From the NCBI GenBank assembly GCA_964016885.1, contig OZ024743.1:184636001-184700000 (forward strand): DNA of 64,000 nucleotides, given 5' to 3'. Of the stretch, positions 37,622 through 50,099 are shown piece after piece. This DNA comes from Eledone cirrhosa (Eukaryota). The notes below the pieces were generated by a model, which saw nothing but the letters and a program-made list of their open reading frames with translations, searched no databases and was not told the DNA's origin. How positions within the stretch are numbered: the first letter of the stretch is position 1; each line of letters opens with the position of its first letter. The translations under genes were made by a program, and so were the position numbers.

Positions 37622-39597
37622 TTTATTATCGCCCTTCAGGCTATAACAGAGGAGTTCAAGACCGGCCGCCCATGGGAACTCCTATACGCAGACGACCTGA
37701 CACTCATAGCTGAATCAATGGCCGAGCTAGAGAAGAAATTCCAAACATGGAAGCACGGCCTAGAATCAAAAGGACTTAAAATTAACCTGGCTAAGACTAA
37801 AGTTCTAGTTTGTAGGAAAGAAAATAAGGCGGCGGTCCCTTCTGGGAAATGGCCATGCTCAGTGTGTAGGAAAGGCGAAGGTAGAAACTCCATTTTATGT
37901 CCCAAATGCAAAGTATGGGTGTGTAGTGACCTACATTCCGCGGGCTCACATACATTCTCTGTGCGTGATTTGGCTCAGTTCAGCCAATCAGCGCCAGTAG
38001 AAGAGGATGTATCCCTACGCGCCCTGAGGAAGAAATTCACCGCGAAGATTTGAAGAATCTCGCTCTTATACCAGAAACTTCGAGCCAGCAACACGCATAA
38101 TGTAGCGGTGAGATATTACACCCCTAGCCTCGCCGGTTTAACGGCGCAATGACACATTCCCTTTTGTAACCTCTTTTTATCTGTAACTTCAACCATATAA
38201 ATAAACAAACATTTCATCTCTAATTACTGCGGTTGAAGTCGTTGTTATGTTACTCGTGTCTCAATAACATCTTTAATCCATGCTGCTGGAATTGGCGACC
38301 TGACGAAAGGAATATTGTAAATAGATGGTAAATAGATCGAGGGACCTTCCCTCACGTCTATGTCAGCAAGATAATCCAACGAGGATACTATCACTTACCA
38401 CACTGGAAACTAACGACCACTGATTCTACCACCCCGCTAAAGTGGCGATAACATCTATAACTAATACTGCTAAAGGTGCATAAAAGATGTAGTGGGATCA
38501 CAGGTAAGCTAACTAAGAACATAGATTTTACATGTGGCCGGTGCTCTGGTGCAATAAGTAGCAGCAAGTGCCCACAAAATACTAGCTCTTTCAATTGCGC
38601 AGAGGGTACTATAGAAATAGTGGACAGCTTCCGTTACCTGGGCGACAAAATCAGCAGTGGGGGAGGGTGCTCTGAAAGTACAGTAGCTAGAGTCAGAACT
38701 GGTTGGAAAAAGTTCAGAGAGCTTATACCACTATTAGCCGCTAAAGGATTATCTCTAAAAATGAAAGGCAGGTTGTATGATGCCTGCATACGAACAGCAG
38801 TGTTGCATGGCAGTGAGACCTGGGCATTGTGTGCAGAGGATATACGCAGACTAGAGAGGAACGAAGCTTGCATGCTCCGCTGGATGTGTAACAGTAATAT
38901 ACGTGAACGGCAAAGCATAAACGAACTAAGGAAAAAATTAGAAATAAGAGGGATCAGATGTTGTTTACTCGAGAGAAGGCTACGTTGGTATGGACACGTG
39001 ATGCGCATGAAAGTCGATAGCTGTATAACAAAGTGCAGGGCAATAAAGATAGACGGTAGCCACGGAATAGGCAGACCTAGAAAAACCTGGGACGAGCTGA
39101 TAAACTCCGACCTCACACACTTACACCTCTCCAAGACAATGTCACTGGACCGAGACCTTTGGCGGTACTCAGTAACAGAGAAGACCCGCCTTACCTAAAT
39201 ACATAGTAAAACCTACTACAGCCAGTAGGCATCTCTAACAAAATACACCCCGTCCCACCACCCCCACCCCATCCACACCACCCCCTTCTATGTAAAGTTA
39301 TGTTGGTGCCACGCCATCCAGGCCGAAACAAATGAGATCGTGTAGGTGTCACGACAAAAAAACACACAGTTCACGCTGTAATGTGGCCGTGTAGGCAACA
39401 CGGTAAAAACCTCCCAGACCCACACTGTAAATGTGGTTGGTGTTAGGAAGGGCATCCAACTGTAGAAAACCTGCCAGACAGTCCTATGCGAGCAAGACAA
39501 TCACTCTTGCCTCAAGTGGGAATACCCCCGTCCAAACCCATGCAAGCGTGGAACACGGACGTTAAACGTTGATGATGATGATGATGATGATGATGAT
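37622..39597 (+). mobile_element. RTE LINE copy 1, 5'-truncated, interrupted by a solo LTR
   Basis: LLYADDL RT motif, C-terminal ORF 38476-39198, 3' UTR ending in (GAT)9; 5' end abuts (TA)n. Confidence 0.92.
37922..38474. mobile_element. Solo LTR (Gypsy-like) inserted in RTE copy 1
   Basis: 553 bp absent from the other RTE copies; 4-bp TSD ggtg (37918-21, 38475-78). Starts TGTAG and ends CTAAA (likely CTACA mutated); internal tataaataaa. Confidence 0.75.
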
Positions 39598-39642
39598 ATA
39601 TATGTATATATATATATATGTGTGTATATATATATATATGTG

Positions 39643-39678
<36 letters not shown>

Positions 39679-39750
39679 TGTGTATATATATATATATATG
39701 TATATATATGTATATATATATATATATGTATATATATGTATATATATATG

Positions 39751-39783
<33 letters not shown>

Positions 39784-39790
39784 GTATATA

Positions 39791-42700
39791 TATCATCATC
39801 ATCATCATCAACGTTTAACGTCCGTGTTCCACGCTTGCATGGGTTTGGACGGGGGTAGTCCCACTTGAGGCAAGAGTGATTGTCTTGCTCGCATAGGACT
39901 GTCTGGCAGGTTTTCTACAGTTGGATGCCCTTCCTAACACCAACCACATTTACAGTGTGGGTCTGGGAGGTTTTTACCGTGTTGCCTACACGGCCACATT
40001 ACAGCGTGGACTGTGTGTTTTTTTGTCGTGACACCTACACGATCTCATTTGTTTCGGCCTCGATGGCGCGGCACCAACATAACTTTACATAGAACGGGGT
40101 GGTGTGGATGGGGTGGGGGTGGTGGTGGTGGGACGGGGTGTATTTTGTTAGAGATGCCTACTGGCTGGAGTAGGTTTTACTATATATTTAGGTAAGGCGG
40201 GTCTTCTCTGTTACTGAGTACCGCCAAAGGTCTCGGTCCAGTGACATTGTCTTGGAGAGGTGTAAGTGTGTGATGTCGGAGTTTATCAGCTCGTCCCAGG
40301 TTTTTCTAGGTCTGCCTATTCCGTGACTACCGTCTATCTTTATTGCCCTGCACTTTGTTATACAGCTATCGACTTTCATGCGCATCACGTGTCCATACCA
40401 ACGTAGCCTTCTCTCGAGTAAACAACATCTGATCCCTCTTATCTCTAATTTTTTCCTTAGTTCGTTTATGCTTTGCCGTTCACGTATATTACTGTTACAC
40501 ATCCAGCGGAGCATGCAAGCTTCGTTCCTCTCTAGTCTGCGTATATCCTCTGCACACAATGCCCAGGTCTCACTGCCATGCAGCATTGCTGTTCGTATGC
40601 AGGCATCGTACAACCTGCCTTTCATTTTTAGTGAGAACCCTTTAGCAGCTAATAGTGGTATAAGCTCTCTGAACTTTTTCCAACCAGTTCTGACTCTAGC
40701 TACAGTACTTTCAGAGCACCCTCCCCCACTGCTGATTTTATCGCCCAGGTAACGGAAGCTGTCCACTATTTCTATAGAACCTTCTGCGCAATTGAAAGAG
40801 CTAGTAGTTTGTGGGCACTTGCTGCTACTTATTGCACCAGAGCACCGGCCACATGTAAAATCTATGTTCTTAGTTAGCTTATCTGTGATCCCACTACATC
40901 TTTTATGCACCCATACTTTGCATTTAGGACATAAAATGGAGTTTCTACCTACGCCTTTCCTACACACCGAGCACGACCATTTCCCAGAAGGGACCGCCGC
41001 CTTGTTTTCTTTCCTACAAACTAGTACTTTGGTCTTAGCCAGGTTAATTTTAAGTCCTTTTGACTCTAGGCTGTGCTTCCATGTTTGGAATTTCTTCTCT
41101 AGCTCGGCCATTGATTCCGCTATGAGTGTCAGGTCGTCTGCGTATAGGAGTTCCCATGGGCAGCCTGTCTTGAACTCCTCTGTTATAGCCTGAAGGGCAA
41201 TAATAAATAGTAGTGGGCTGAGAACAGAGCCCTGATGGACGCCAACTTTTACGCTAAACTCTTCACTATATTCGTTGTTAATTCTAACCTTGCTGACTGT
41301 TTCTTTATACATGGCTTGTATAGCCCTCACAAGCCATTCGTCAACGCCTAGTTTTCTAAGAGCCCACCAGATAATGGAGCGGCGGACTCTGTCGAAGGCT
41401 TTCTCCAAGTCGACAAAAGCTAAGTAGAGGGGCTTACCTTTAGCTAGGTACTTCTCCTGTAGTTGTCGTACTATGAAAAGAGCGTCTGTGGTACTTTTGC
41501 CTGACACAAACCCGAACTGCATTTCATCTAGGTCAATTCTCTCTCTGATTAGTTGCGCTATTACTTTTTCCGTGACCTTCATGACCTGGTCGATTAATTT
41601 AATGCCTCTATAGTTACTCCTATCGAGGGCGTCTCCTTTACCCTTATAACAGTTAACGATGATGCTGCTATACCAGTCCTTCGGAACAACCCCATTCTGT
41701 ACGACTTGGTTAACTATGCGGGTGACCATGGTGTGTCCCACCGTGCCAGATGCCTTCAGCATCTCAGCAACTATTTCCGAAGGCCCAGCCGCCTTACCCG
41801 TCTTCATATCCTTGATTGCCTTACTTATTATACTCCCCTCGACTAACACTGCTGGTCCCTCTATTGGGTCGATATGGGGGAGACTGTCTTTCTCCCATTT
41901 ATTCTCCTCATTTAGTAGCCTTTCATAGTGACACTTCCAAGCTACCTTCTTATCAGCGTCGGTGATGGCAAGTGTGCCATCGTCGTTTAGTACACACTTC
42001 TCCCCGACAATATCACGGTTTTCCTTGACGCATTGCCTAGCAATCCTGAACACCTCACGTTTTTGGTCATCGCGTTGTAGAACATGCTTGAACTTTCTTT
42101 CCTCAGCTTCCCTTCTTGCTAAGTACACTTGTCTCCTAGCTTCCCTCCTGGCCACTTGATAGTCCTCTCTACTTCCCCCATCCCGCCATACTTTCCAAGC
42201 CTGCTTTTTGGCCTTAATTGACCCCTCCACCTTACTGTTCCACCACCATGTTACTCTCCTCCTGCCTACAGGCCTGCTCCAGCCACAGACTTCGTCTGTC
42301 GCCAACAGCAGGTTTGCTTTCAGAAATTCCCACTCTCCCTCTATATTGTCCGACTCTAAATGTTCTTCCTTACTGTCGAAAGCATCAAGTAATATGCTTT
42401 GAAATTTATTCCTGGCTGTGGGGTCCTTTAGCTTCCATATTTTCCTCCTGAGGATAGTCCTCTTCTGTTGTCGAGTACGTCTCGTCCTGACTATGAGGTC
42501 GCTAATTATCAGTCTATGTTGGGAGGTGCATTCTTCATGGGGGAGGGATTTAGTGTTTACAACAGACACTCTGTCACGTCTTCTGGTAAGGATATAATCT
42601 ACCTGGCTTGTGTGTTCCCCGGATCTATAGGTGATCAGGTGATTGTCACGTTTTTTGAAGTTAGTGTTACAGATAGTTAGGTTATTTGCATCACAGAATT

Positions 42701-42977
42701 CCAGGATTCTGGAGCCTTCCTCATTTCTAGTACCAAACCCATAGCCTCCATGGATTTCGTCGTAGCCGTCACAATGTTGTCCAACGTGACCATTTAGGTC
42801 GCCTGCGATAATTATATAGTCACTGTCGGATATTTGGGAGGTAGTTAGCATCAGTGTCTCATAGAATCTGTCTTTTATAGTGCCGGGCAGTCCCGATTGG
42901 GGTGCGTACGCAGATATTACTGTCACCGTAGTTCTATTGAGGACAAGTCGTATTTTAATTATTCTGTCATTCACTCG

Positions 42978-42980
<3 letters not shown>
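39791..42980 (-). mobile_element. RTE LINE copy 2, 5'-truncated, uninterrupted APE (partial) + RT + PHD-like ORF
   Basis: About 930 codons without a stop (40188-42980): SAYAPQ, GDLNGHVG, SQVDYIL (APE); NYRGIKL, QFGF, FVDLEKAFD, GVHQGSVLSP, YADDL (RT); (GAT)n tail. The first ~31 codons of the ORF-track protein come from the TA tract and copy 3. Confidence 0.95.
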
Positions 42981-43016
<36 letters not shown>

Positions 43017-43023
43017 GTATATA

Positions 43024-45219
43024 TTTGTCGGGGAGAAGTGTGTACTTAACGATGATGGCGTACTTGCCATCACTGACGCTGATAAGAAAGTAGCTTGGAA
43101 GTGTCACTACGAAAGGCTACTAAATGAGGAAAATAAATGGGAGAAAGACAGTCTCCCCCACATCGACCCAATAGAGGGACCAGCAGTGTTAGTCGAGGGT
43201 AGTATAATAAGTAAGGCAATCAAAGATATGAAGACGGGTAAGGCGGCTGGGCCTTCGGAAATAGTTGCTGAGATGCTGAAAGCATCTGGAATGGTGGGAT
43301 ACACCATGGTCACCTGAATAGTAAACCAAGTCATACAGAATGGGGTTGTTCCGAAGGACTGGCGTAGCAGCATCATCATTAACTGCTACAAGGGTAAAGG
43401 AGACGCCCTAGATAGGAGTAACTATAGAGGCATTAAATTAATCGACCAGGTCATGAAGGTCACAGAAAAAGTAATAGCGCAACTAATCAGAGAGAGAATT
43501 GATCTAGATGAAATGCAGTTCGGGTTTGTGTCAGGCAAAAGTACCACAGACGCTATTTTCATTGTACGACAACTACAGGAGAAGTACCTAGCTAAAAGTA
43601 AACCCCTATACTTAGCTTTTGTCGACTTGGAGAAAGCCTTCGACAGAGTCCCTCGTTCCATTATCTGGTGGACTCTTAGAAAACTAGGTGTTGATGAATG
43701 GCTTGTGAGAGCTATACAAGCCATGTATAAAGAAACAGTCAGCAAGGTTAGAATTAACAACGAATATAGTGAAGAGTTTAGCGTAAAAGTTGGTGTTCCT
43801 CAGGGCTCCGTTCTTAGCCCCCTACTATTTATTATTGCCCTTCAGGCTATAACAGTGGAGTTCAAGACCGGCTGCCCTTGGGAACTCCTATACGCAGATG
43901 ATCTAACGCTCATAGCTGAATCAATGGCCGAACTAGAGAAAAAATTCCAAACATGGAAGCATGGCCTAGAATCAAATGGCCTTAAAATTAACCTGTCTAA
44001 GACTAAAGTTCTAGTTTGTAGGAAGGAAAATAGGGCGCCGGTCCCATCTGGAAAATGGCCATACTCAGTGTGTAGGAAAGGAGTAGGTAGAAACTCCATT
44101 TTATGTCCCAAATGCAAAGTATGGGTGCATAAAAGATGTAGTGGGATCACAGGTAAGCTAACTAAGAACATAGATTTTATATGTGGCCGGTGCTCTGGTG
44201 CAATAAGTAGCAGCAAGTGCCCACAGAATACTAGCTCATTCCATTGCACAGATGGTTCTATAGAAATAGTGGACAGCTTCCGTTACCTGGGTGACAAAAT
44301 TAGCAGTGGGAGAGGGTGCTCTGAAAGTACTGTAGCTAGAGTCAGAACAGGATGGAAAAAGTTCAGAGAGCTTATACCACTATTAGCTGCTAAAGGGTTC
44401 TCCCTAAAAATGAAAGGCAGGTTGTATGATGCCTGCATACGAACAGCAGTGTTGCATGGCAGTGAGACCTGGGCATTGTGTGCAGAGGATATACGCAGAC
44501 TAGAGAGGAACGAAGCTTGCATGCTCCGCTGGATGTGTAACAGTAATATACGTGAACGGCAAAGCATAAACGAACTAAGGAAAAAATTAGAAATAAGAGG
44601 GATCAGATGTTGTTTACTCGAGAGAAGGCTAAGTTGGTATGGACACGTGATGCGCATGAAAGTCGATAGCTGTATAACAAAGTGCAGGGCAATAAAGATA
44701 GACGGTAGCCACGGAATAGGCAGACCTAGAAAAACCTGGGACGAGCTGATAAACTCCGACCTCACACACTTACACCTCTCCAAGACAATGTCACTGGACC
44801 GAGACCTTTGGCGGTACTCAGTAACAGAGAAGACCCGCCTTACCTAAGTACAAAGTGAAACCTACTACAGCCAGTAGGCACCTCTAACAAAATACACCCA
44901 CCGTCCCACTACCCCCACCCCATCCACATCATCCCTTTCAATGTAAAGTTATGTTGGTACTACAACATCCAGCCCGAAACAAATGAGGTCGTGTAGGTGT
45001 CACGACAAAAAAACACACAGTCCACGCTGTAATGTGGCCGTGTAGGTTACACGGTAAAAACCTCCCAGTCCACACTGTAAATGTGGTTGGTGTTAGGAAG
45101 AGCATCCAGCCGTAGAAAACCCGCCAGACAGTCCTATGCGAGCAAGACAACCACTCTTGCCTCAAGTGGGAAAACTCCCGTCCAAACCCATGCGAGCGTG
45201 GAATATGGACGTTAAACGA

Positions 45220-45223
<4 letters not shown>
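43024..45223 (+). mobile_element. RTE LINE copy 3, 5'-truncated
   Basis: ORFs 43024-43317 and 43453-44847 separated by one premature TGA (43315); RT motifs; 3' UTR ends gatgat + (TA)n. Confidence 0.93.
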
Positions 45224-45266
<43 letters not shown>

Positions 45267-45318
45267 TATATCATCGTTTAACGTCCATATTCCACGCTTG
45301 CATGGAATATATATATAT

Positions 45319-45526
45319 GGAGACACATGGCTTAGTGGTTAGAGCATTGGCCTTGCAATCGAAAGGTTGTGAGTTCAATTCTCAGACCGGGCGATGTGTT
45401 GTTTCCTTGAGCAAGACACTTTATTTCACATTGCTCCAGATTACTCAGCTGTAGAAATGAGATGATAGGGACTGGGGTCCCTATCATTCCACTGCAAAGT
45501 GGTCATGGAGGTGCCATGGCAAAAAA
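45319..45526 (+). mobile_element. CORE-like tRNA SINE, 3'-truncated, fused to RTE copy 4
   Basis: Same family as 37130-37447: tggcttagtggttagagc, gagttcaattc, ccttgagcaagacacttt. Confidence 0.8.
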
Positions 45527-48037
45527 GCGACCTCATTTGTTTCAGACTGGATGTTGTGGTACCAACATAACTTCACATTTTAGGGGTGGTTGTTCTCTAA
45601 CTACTGACTGTAGGTTTCGCTTTGTACTTAGGCAAGGCGGGTCTTCTGTATGACTGTGTAGCGCCAAAGATCTCGGTCCAGTGACATTGTCTTGGAGAGG
45701 TGTAAGTGTGTGAGGTCAGAATTTATCAAGTCGTCCCTGGTTTTTCTGGGTCTGCCTACTCCGTGGCTACCGTCTATTTTTATCGCCCTGCACTTTTTTA
45801 TACAGCTGTCGTCTTTCATGCGCATCACGTGACCGTACCAACGTAGTCTTCTCTCGAGTAAACAACATCTGATCCCTCTTATTTCTAATTTCTCCCTTAG
45901 TTCGTTTATGCTTTGCTGTACACATCCAGCAGAGCATGCAAGCTTCGTTTCTCTCCAGTCTGTGTATATCCTCTGCACACAATGCCCAGGTCTCACTGCC
46001 ATGTAACATTGCTGTTCGTATGCAGGCATCATACAGCCTGCCTTTCATTTTTAGAGATAATCCTTTAGCGGCTAATAGTGGTATAAGCTCTCTGAACTTA
46101 TTCCATCCCGTTCTGACTCTAGCTACTGTACTTTCAGAGCACCCTCTCCCACTGCTGATTTTGTCACCCAGGTAACGGAAGGTGTCTACTATTTCTATAG
46201 TACCATCTGTGCAATGGAATGAGCTAGCATTCTGTGGGCACTTGCTGCTACTTATTGCACCAGAGCACCGGCCACATATAAAATCTATATTCTTAGTTAG
46301 CTTACCTGTGACCCCACTACATCTTTTATGCACCTATACTTTGCATTTGGGACATAAAATGGAGTTTCTGCCTACTCCTTTCCTACACACTGAGCTTTGC
46401 CATTTCCCAGATGGGATCGTGCCCTATTTTCCTTCCTACAAACTAGAACTTTAGTCTTAGACAAGTTAACTTTAAGGCCTTTTGATTCTAGGCCATGCTT
46501 CCATGTTTGGAATTTCTTCTCTAGTTCAGCCATTGATTCAGCTATGAGAGTTAGATCATCTGCATATAGGAGTTCCCATGGGCAGCCGGTCTTGAACTCC
46601 TCTGTTATAGCCTGAAGGGCAATAATAAATAGTAGGGGGATAAGAACGGAGCCCTGACGAACACCAACTTTTACGCTAAACTCTTCACTATATTCGTTGT
46701 TAATTCTAACCTTGCTGACTGTTTCTTTATACATGGCTTGTATAGCTCTCACAAGCCATTCATCAACACCTAGTTTTCTAAGCGCCCACCAGATATTGGA
46801 GCGGGGGACTCTGTCAAAGGCTTTCTCCAAGTCAACAAAAGCGAAGGGTTTACTTTTAGCTAGGTACTTCTCTTGTAGTTGTCGTACAATGAAAATAGCG
46901 TCTGTGGTACTTTTACCTGACACAAACCCGAACTGCATTTCATCTAGATCAATTCGTTCTCTGATTAGTTGCGCTATTACTTTTTCTGTGACCGTCATGA
47001 CCTGGTCGATTAATTTAATGCCTCTATAGTTACCCCTATCAAGAGCATCTCCTTTACCCTTGTAGCAGTTAATGATGATGCTGCTATGCCAGTCCTTCGG
47101 AACGGCCCCATTCTGTATGACTTGGTTTACTATCCGAGTGACCATAGTGTGTCCCACCGTTCCAGATGCTTTCAGCATTTCAGCAACTATTTCCGAAGGC
47201 CCGGCCCCCTTACCCGTCTTCATATCTTTGATTGCCTTACTTATTATACTACCTCCAACTCGCACTGCTGGTCCCTCTATTGGATCGATGTGGGGAAGAC
47301 TGTTTTTCTCCCATTTATTCTCCTTATTTAGTAGCCTTTCATAGTGACACTTCCAAGCTACCTTCTTATCCGCGTCAGTGATGGCAAGTACGCCATCATC
47401 ATTAAGGACACACTTCTCCCCGACAATATCACGGTTTTCTTTGACACATTGCCTAGCAATCCTGAACACCTCACGATTTTGGTCCTCGCGTTGTAGAACA
47501 TGCTTGAACTTTCTTTCCTCTGCTTCCCTTCTTGCGAAGTACACTCGTCTCCTAGCTTCCCTCCTGGCCACTTGATAGTCTTCTCTACTTCCCCCATCCC
47601 GCCATACTTTCCAAGCCTGCTTTTTGGCCTTAATTGACTCCTCCACCTTACTATTCCACCACCACCACGTTACTCTCCTCCTGCCTATAGGCCTGCTCCA
47701 GCCACAAACTTCATCTGCCGCCTTTAGCAGGTTAGCTTTCAGGAATTCCCACTGTTCCTCTATATTGTACAACTCTAATTGCTCTTCCTTACTGTCGAAA
47801 GCATGAAGTAATATGCTTTTAAATTTATTACTGGCTGTGGGGTCCTTTAGCTTCCATACTTTTCTCATGAGGATAGTCCTCCTCTGTTGTCGAGTACGTC
47901 TTGTCCTGACTATGAGGTCGCTGACTATGAGTCTATGTTGGGAGGTGCATTCTTCACGGGGGAGGGATTTAGTGTTTACAACGGACAACGGACGTATAAC
48001 GGTGAACATGATGATTCTATCACGTCTTCTGGTAAGG
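45527..48037 (-). mobile_element. RTE LINE copy 4, 5'-truncated, frameshifted
   Basis: ORFs 46372-48037, 45767-46333 and 45628-46032 are homologous to copy 2; 5' end abuts (TA)n. Confidence 0.93.
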
Positions 48038-48068
<31 letters not shown>

Positions 48069-48083
48069 GTATATATATATATA

Positions 48084-48901
48084 TTTGGGAGGGTCATGTT
48101 GCCAATAAGAAACACACACACCAGTTGCTTTCACTTCAATTTATTATATTAAATTTAGGAATTTATAAATTTCCGGTTGGTTGGTTCCACAACCAGGTGA
48201 TTGTTTATATATTGTCAAAGTTCTTTTCGTCACACATTCTGTGACCTCTTCAGTGACTGGGGATTCTTTTCTTTGTTTTTGTGCCTCTCCTTTGTTCTGT
48301 CCTACGCCATCTTGTTTCTGTGTGTGTTGTGTGCTTAGTTTGCGCATGTGTTACATCCGGGTGTCTGTGTGTATTTATATTTGTTTATTTATTTGTTTAT
48401 TTACATGTTACTGGTTGGTTGTTTGTTCTATGTGTGTGTGTGTTTTCATTTTGTCCTTAATTGTAAGTTGTGATGTTGCTGTTCCGTTCATGTTTTCTAT
48501 TTAATTTTGGTTGGAGTTCATTTATGTTTATTGCCTCTGTGATTTGTCTAAACATTGCGTCTTTTCTGTGTGTAGATTCTATTTTTATTTCTATGTTCTC
48601 TAATTTACCCTTATGTTCTATTTTAGCATGTTGGTAGAGTAAAGATGATTCTTTACTATCTTGAAGGTCTCGCCAGTGTTCATTTATCAGTTCCCCTATA
48701 CTACGAGCTGTCTCACCTATGTACACTATATTCTTATCTCTACATTGTCCTTCAGTACACCATAAAAACACTTATTAGCAATACATACCCTTTTCAAAGA
48801 CCTCCCTGTATAGATAAGAAATGTATAATCTGTAAATTAAGCCCCCATATTAACTGTAAAACTAGAAAGGTAGTATATAGCATAAGATGTACTGAAGGAC
48901 A
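48084..48901 (-). mobile_element. Penelope-like element fragment (GIY-YIG C-terminus + terminal repeat) with 5' inversion
   Basis: Minus strand: CTEGQCRDKNIVYIGETARS..RQITEA..LNRKHE. The preceding segment (IKTLISNTYPF..CTEGQ) lies inverted at 48762-48901. Same family as 62830-64000. Confidence 0.88.
48214..48257 (-). ncRNA. Minimal type I hammerhead ribozyme motif
   Basis: Reverse complement gtca-CTGAAGA-g-gtcac-agaatgt-gtgac-GAAA-agaactt-tgac (one extra A versus the 62985 copy). Confidence 0.6.
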
Positions 48902-48986
48902 AAAAACAATATACCATAAAATAACGGTAAATTACCGTAACATAAAAAATATACAATATGATATATATATATATATATATATCTCC

Positions 48987-49019
<33 letters not shown>

Positions 49020-50099
49020 TGTACACAGATTCATACATACATATACGGATATATATAAAGGATATGTGATAAAGTAATACAACAAGAATAATAGTAATAA
49101 TAAAACGCATATATACTCCATATATAATCATCCGCACACATTCCTATGAGATGCACATAAACACATACATGTATGCACAAATACACATACACACACATAG
49201 AGGCCCACATATGCATGCACCCGCACCCACACATATATCTCTCTCTCTATATATATATACACACACACACATATATATACGCACACTTACCCACCCACAC
49301 ACACACACCTACTCATACGTGGCTATATGTACATACGCACACATACATAGACACATATATATATATATATATATATTCATATATACACACATATATACAT
49401 ATACACACATACACCCACATATGTACATACATGCACATGTCTGCACATACACGTGCGTATAAGCTCATGCACACACGCACCCATGCCCATACACACACCC
49501 CAGCACCCACCCACGTATATATATATATATACATACACATCTAGACACACACACACGTACATATACCCACGCACAGGTCCACACATAAAAACACGCTAAT
49601 ATAAGCACAATATGATAATAAAATAAAATAAATAAATAACTTTACAATATTTTAGGGTACATTAAAATCTGTATGTAGCTGCATAAATAGGTACAAGAAA
49701 AAGGGGTAAAATAAAAAAAACGGGTAAAAAGTAAAAAAAAACGGCGGCCGGGGGGGGGGGGGGTTTACAGGAGAAGGTGCGTGTGTCCATGTGATATACT
49801 ACACACAGGTATTATGAGATGCAAACTTGTGTCCGTGTATAGAACAGGTAACAGTAACAGAACAATAATAGAACAATAATTGTTTCTACTTTTGGCACAA
49901 GGCCAGCAATTACCCAGTACATTACTGGTACTTTATTTTATCGACCCCGTAAGGATGAAAGGCAAAGTTACCCTGGGCAAGATTTGAACTCAGACTGTAA
50001 AGGGACGTAACTATGCTAGAAAGCATGGCGTCCAACCCTCTACCGATACTGCCAATTCACCGCCCTTAATAATAGAACAATAATGATAGTAATAATCAC

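Noticed and set aside
38634-39134. Antisense ORFs over the RTE copies (also 40378-41193, 43842-44783)
   Set aside because: Shadow frames of the RT coding strand, repeated only because the copies are near-identical.
39512-39868. ORFs rich in Y/I/M/H/C/V here and at 48.8-49.6 kb, 52.8-53.7 kb, 55.3-55.9 kb and 61.5-61.8 kb
   Set aside because: They are translations of (TA)n/(CA)n microsatellites, which lack stop codons; not genes.
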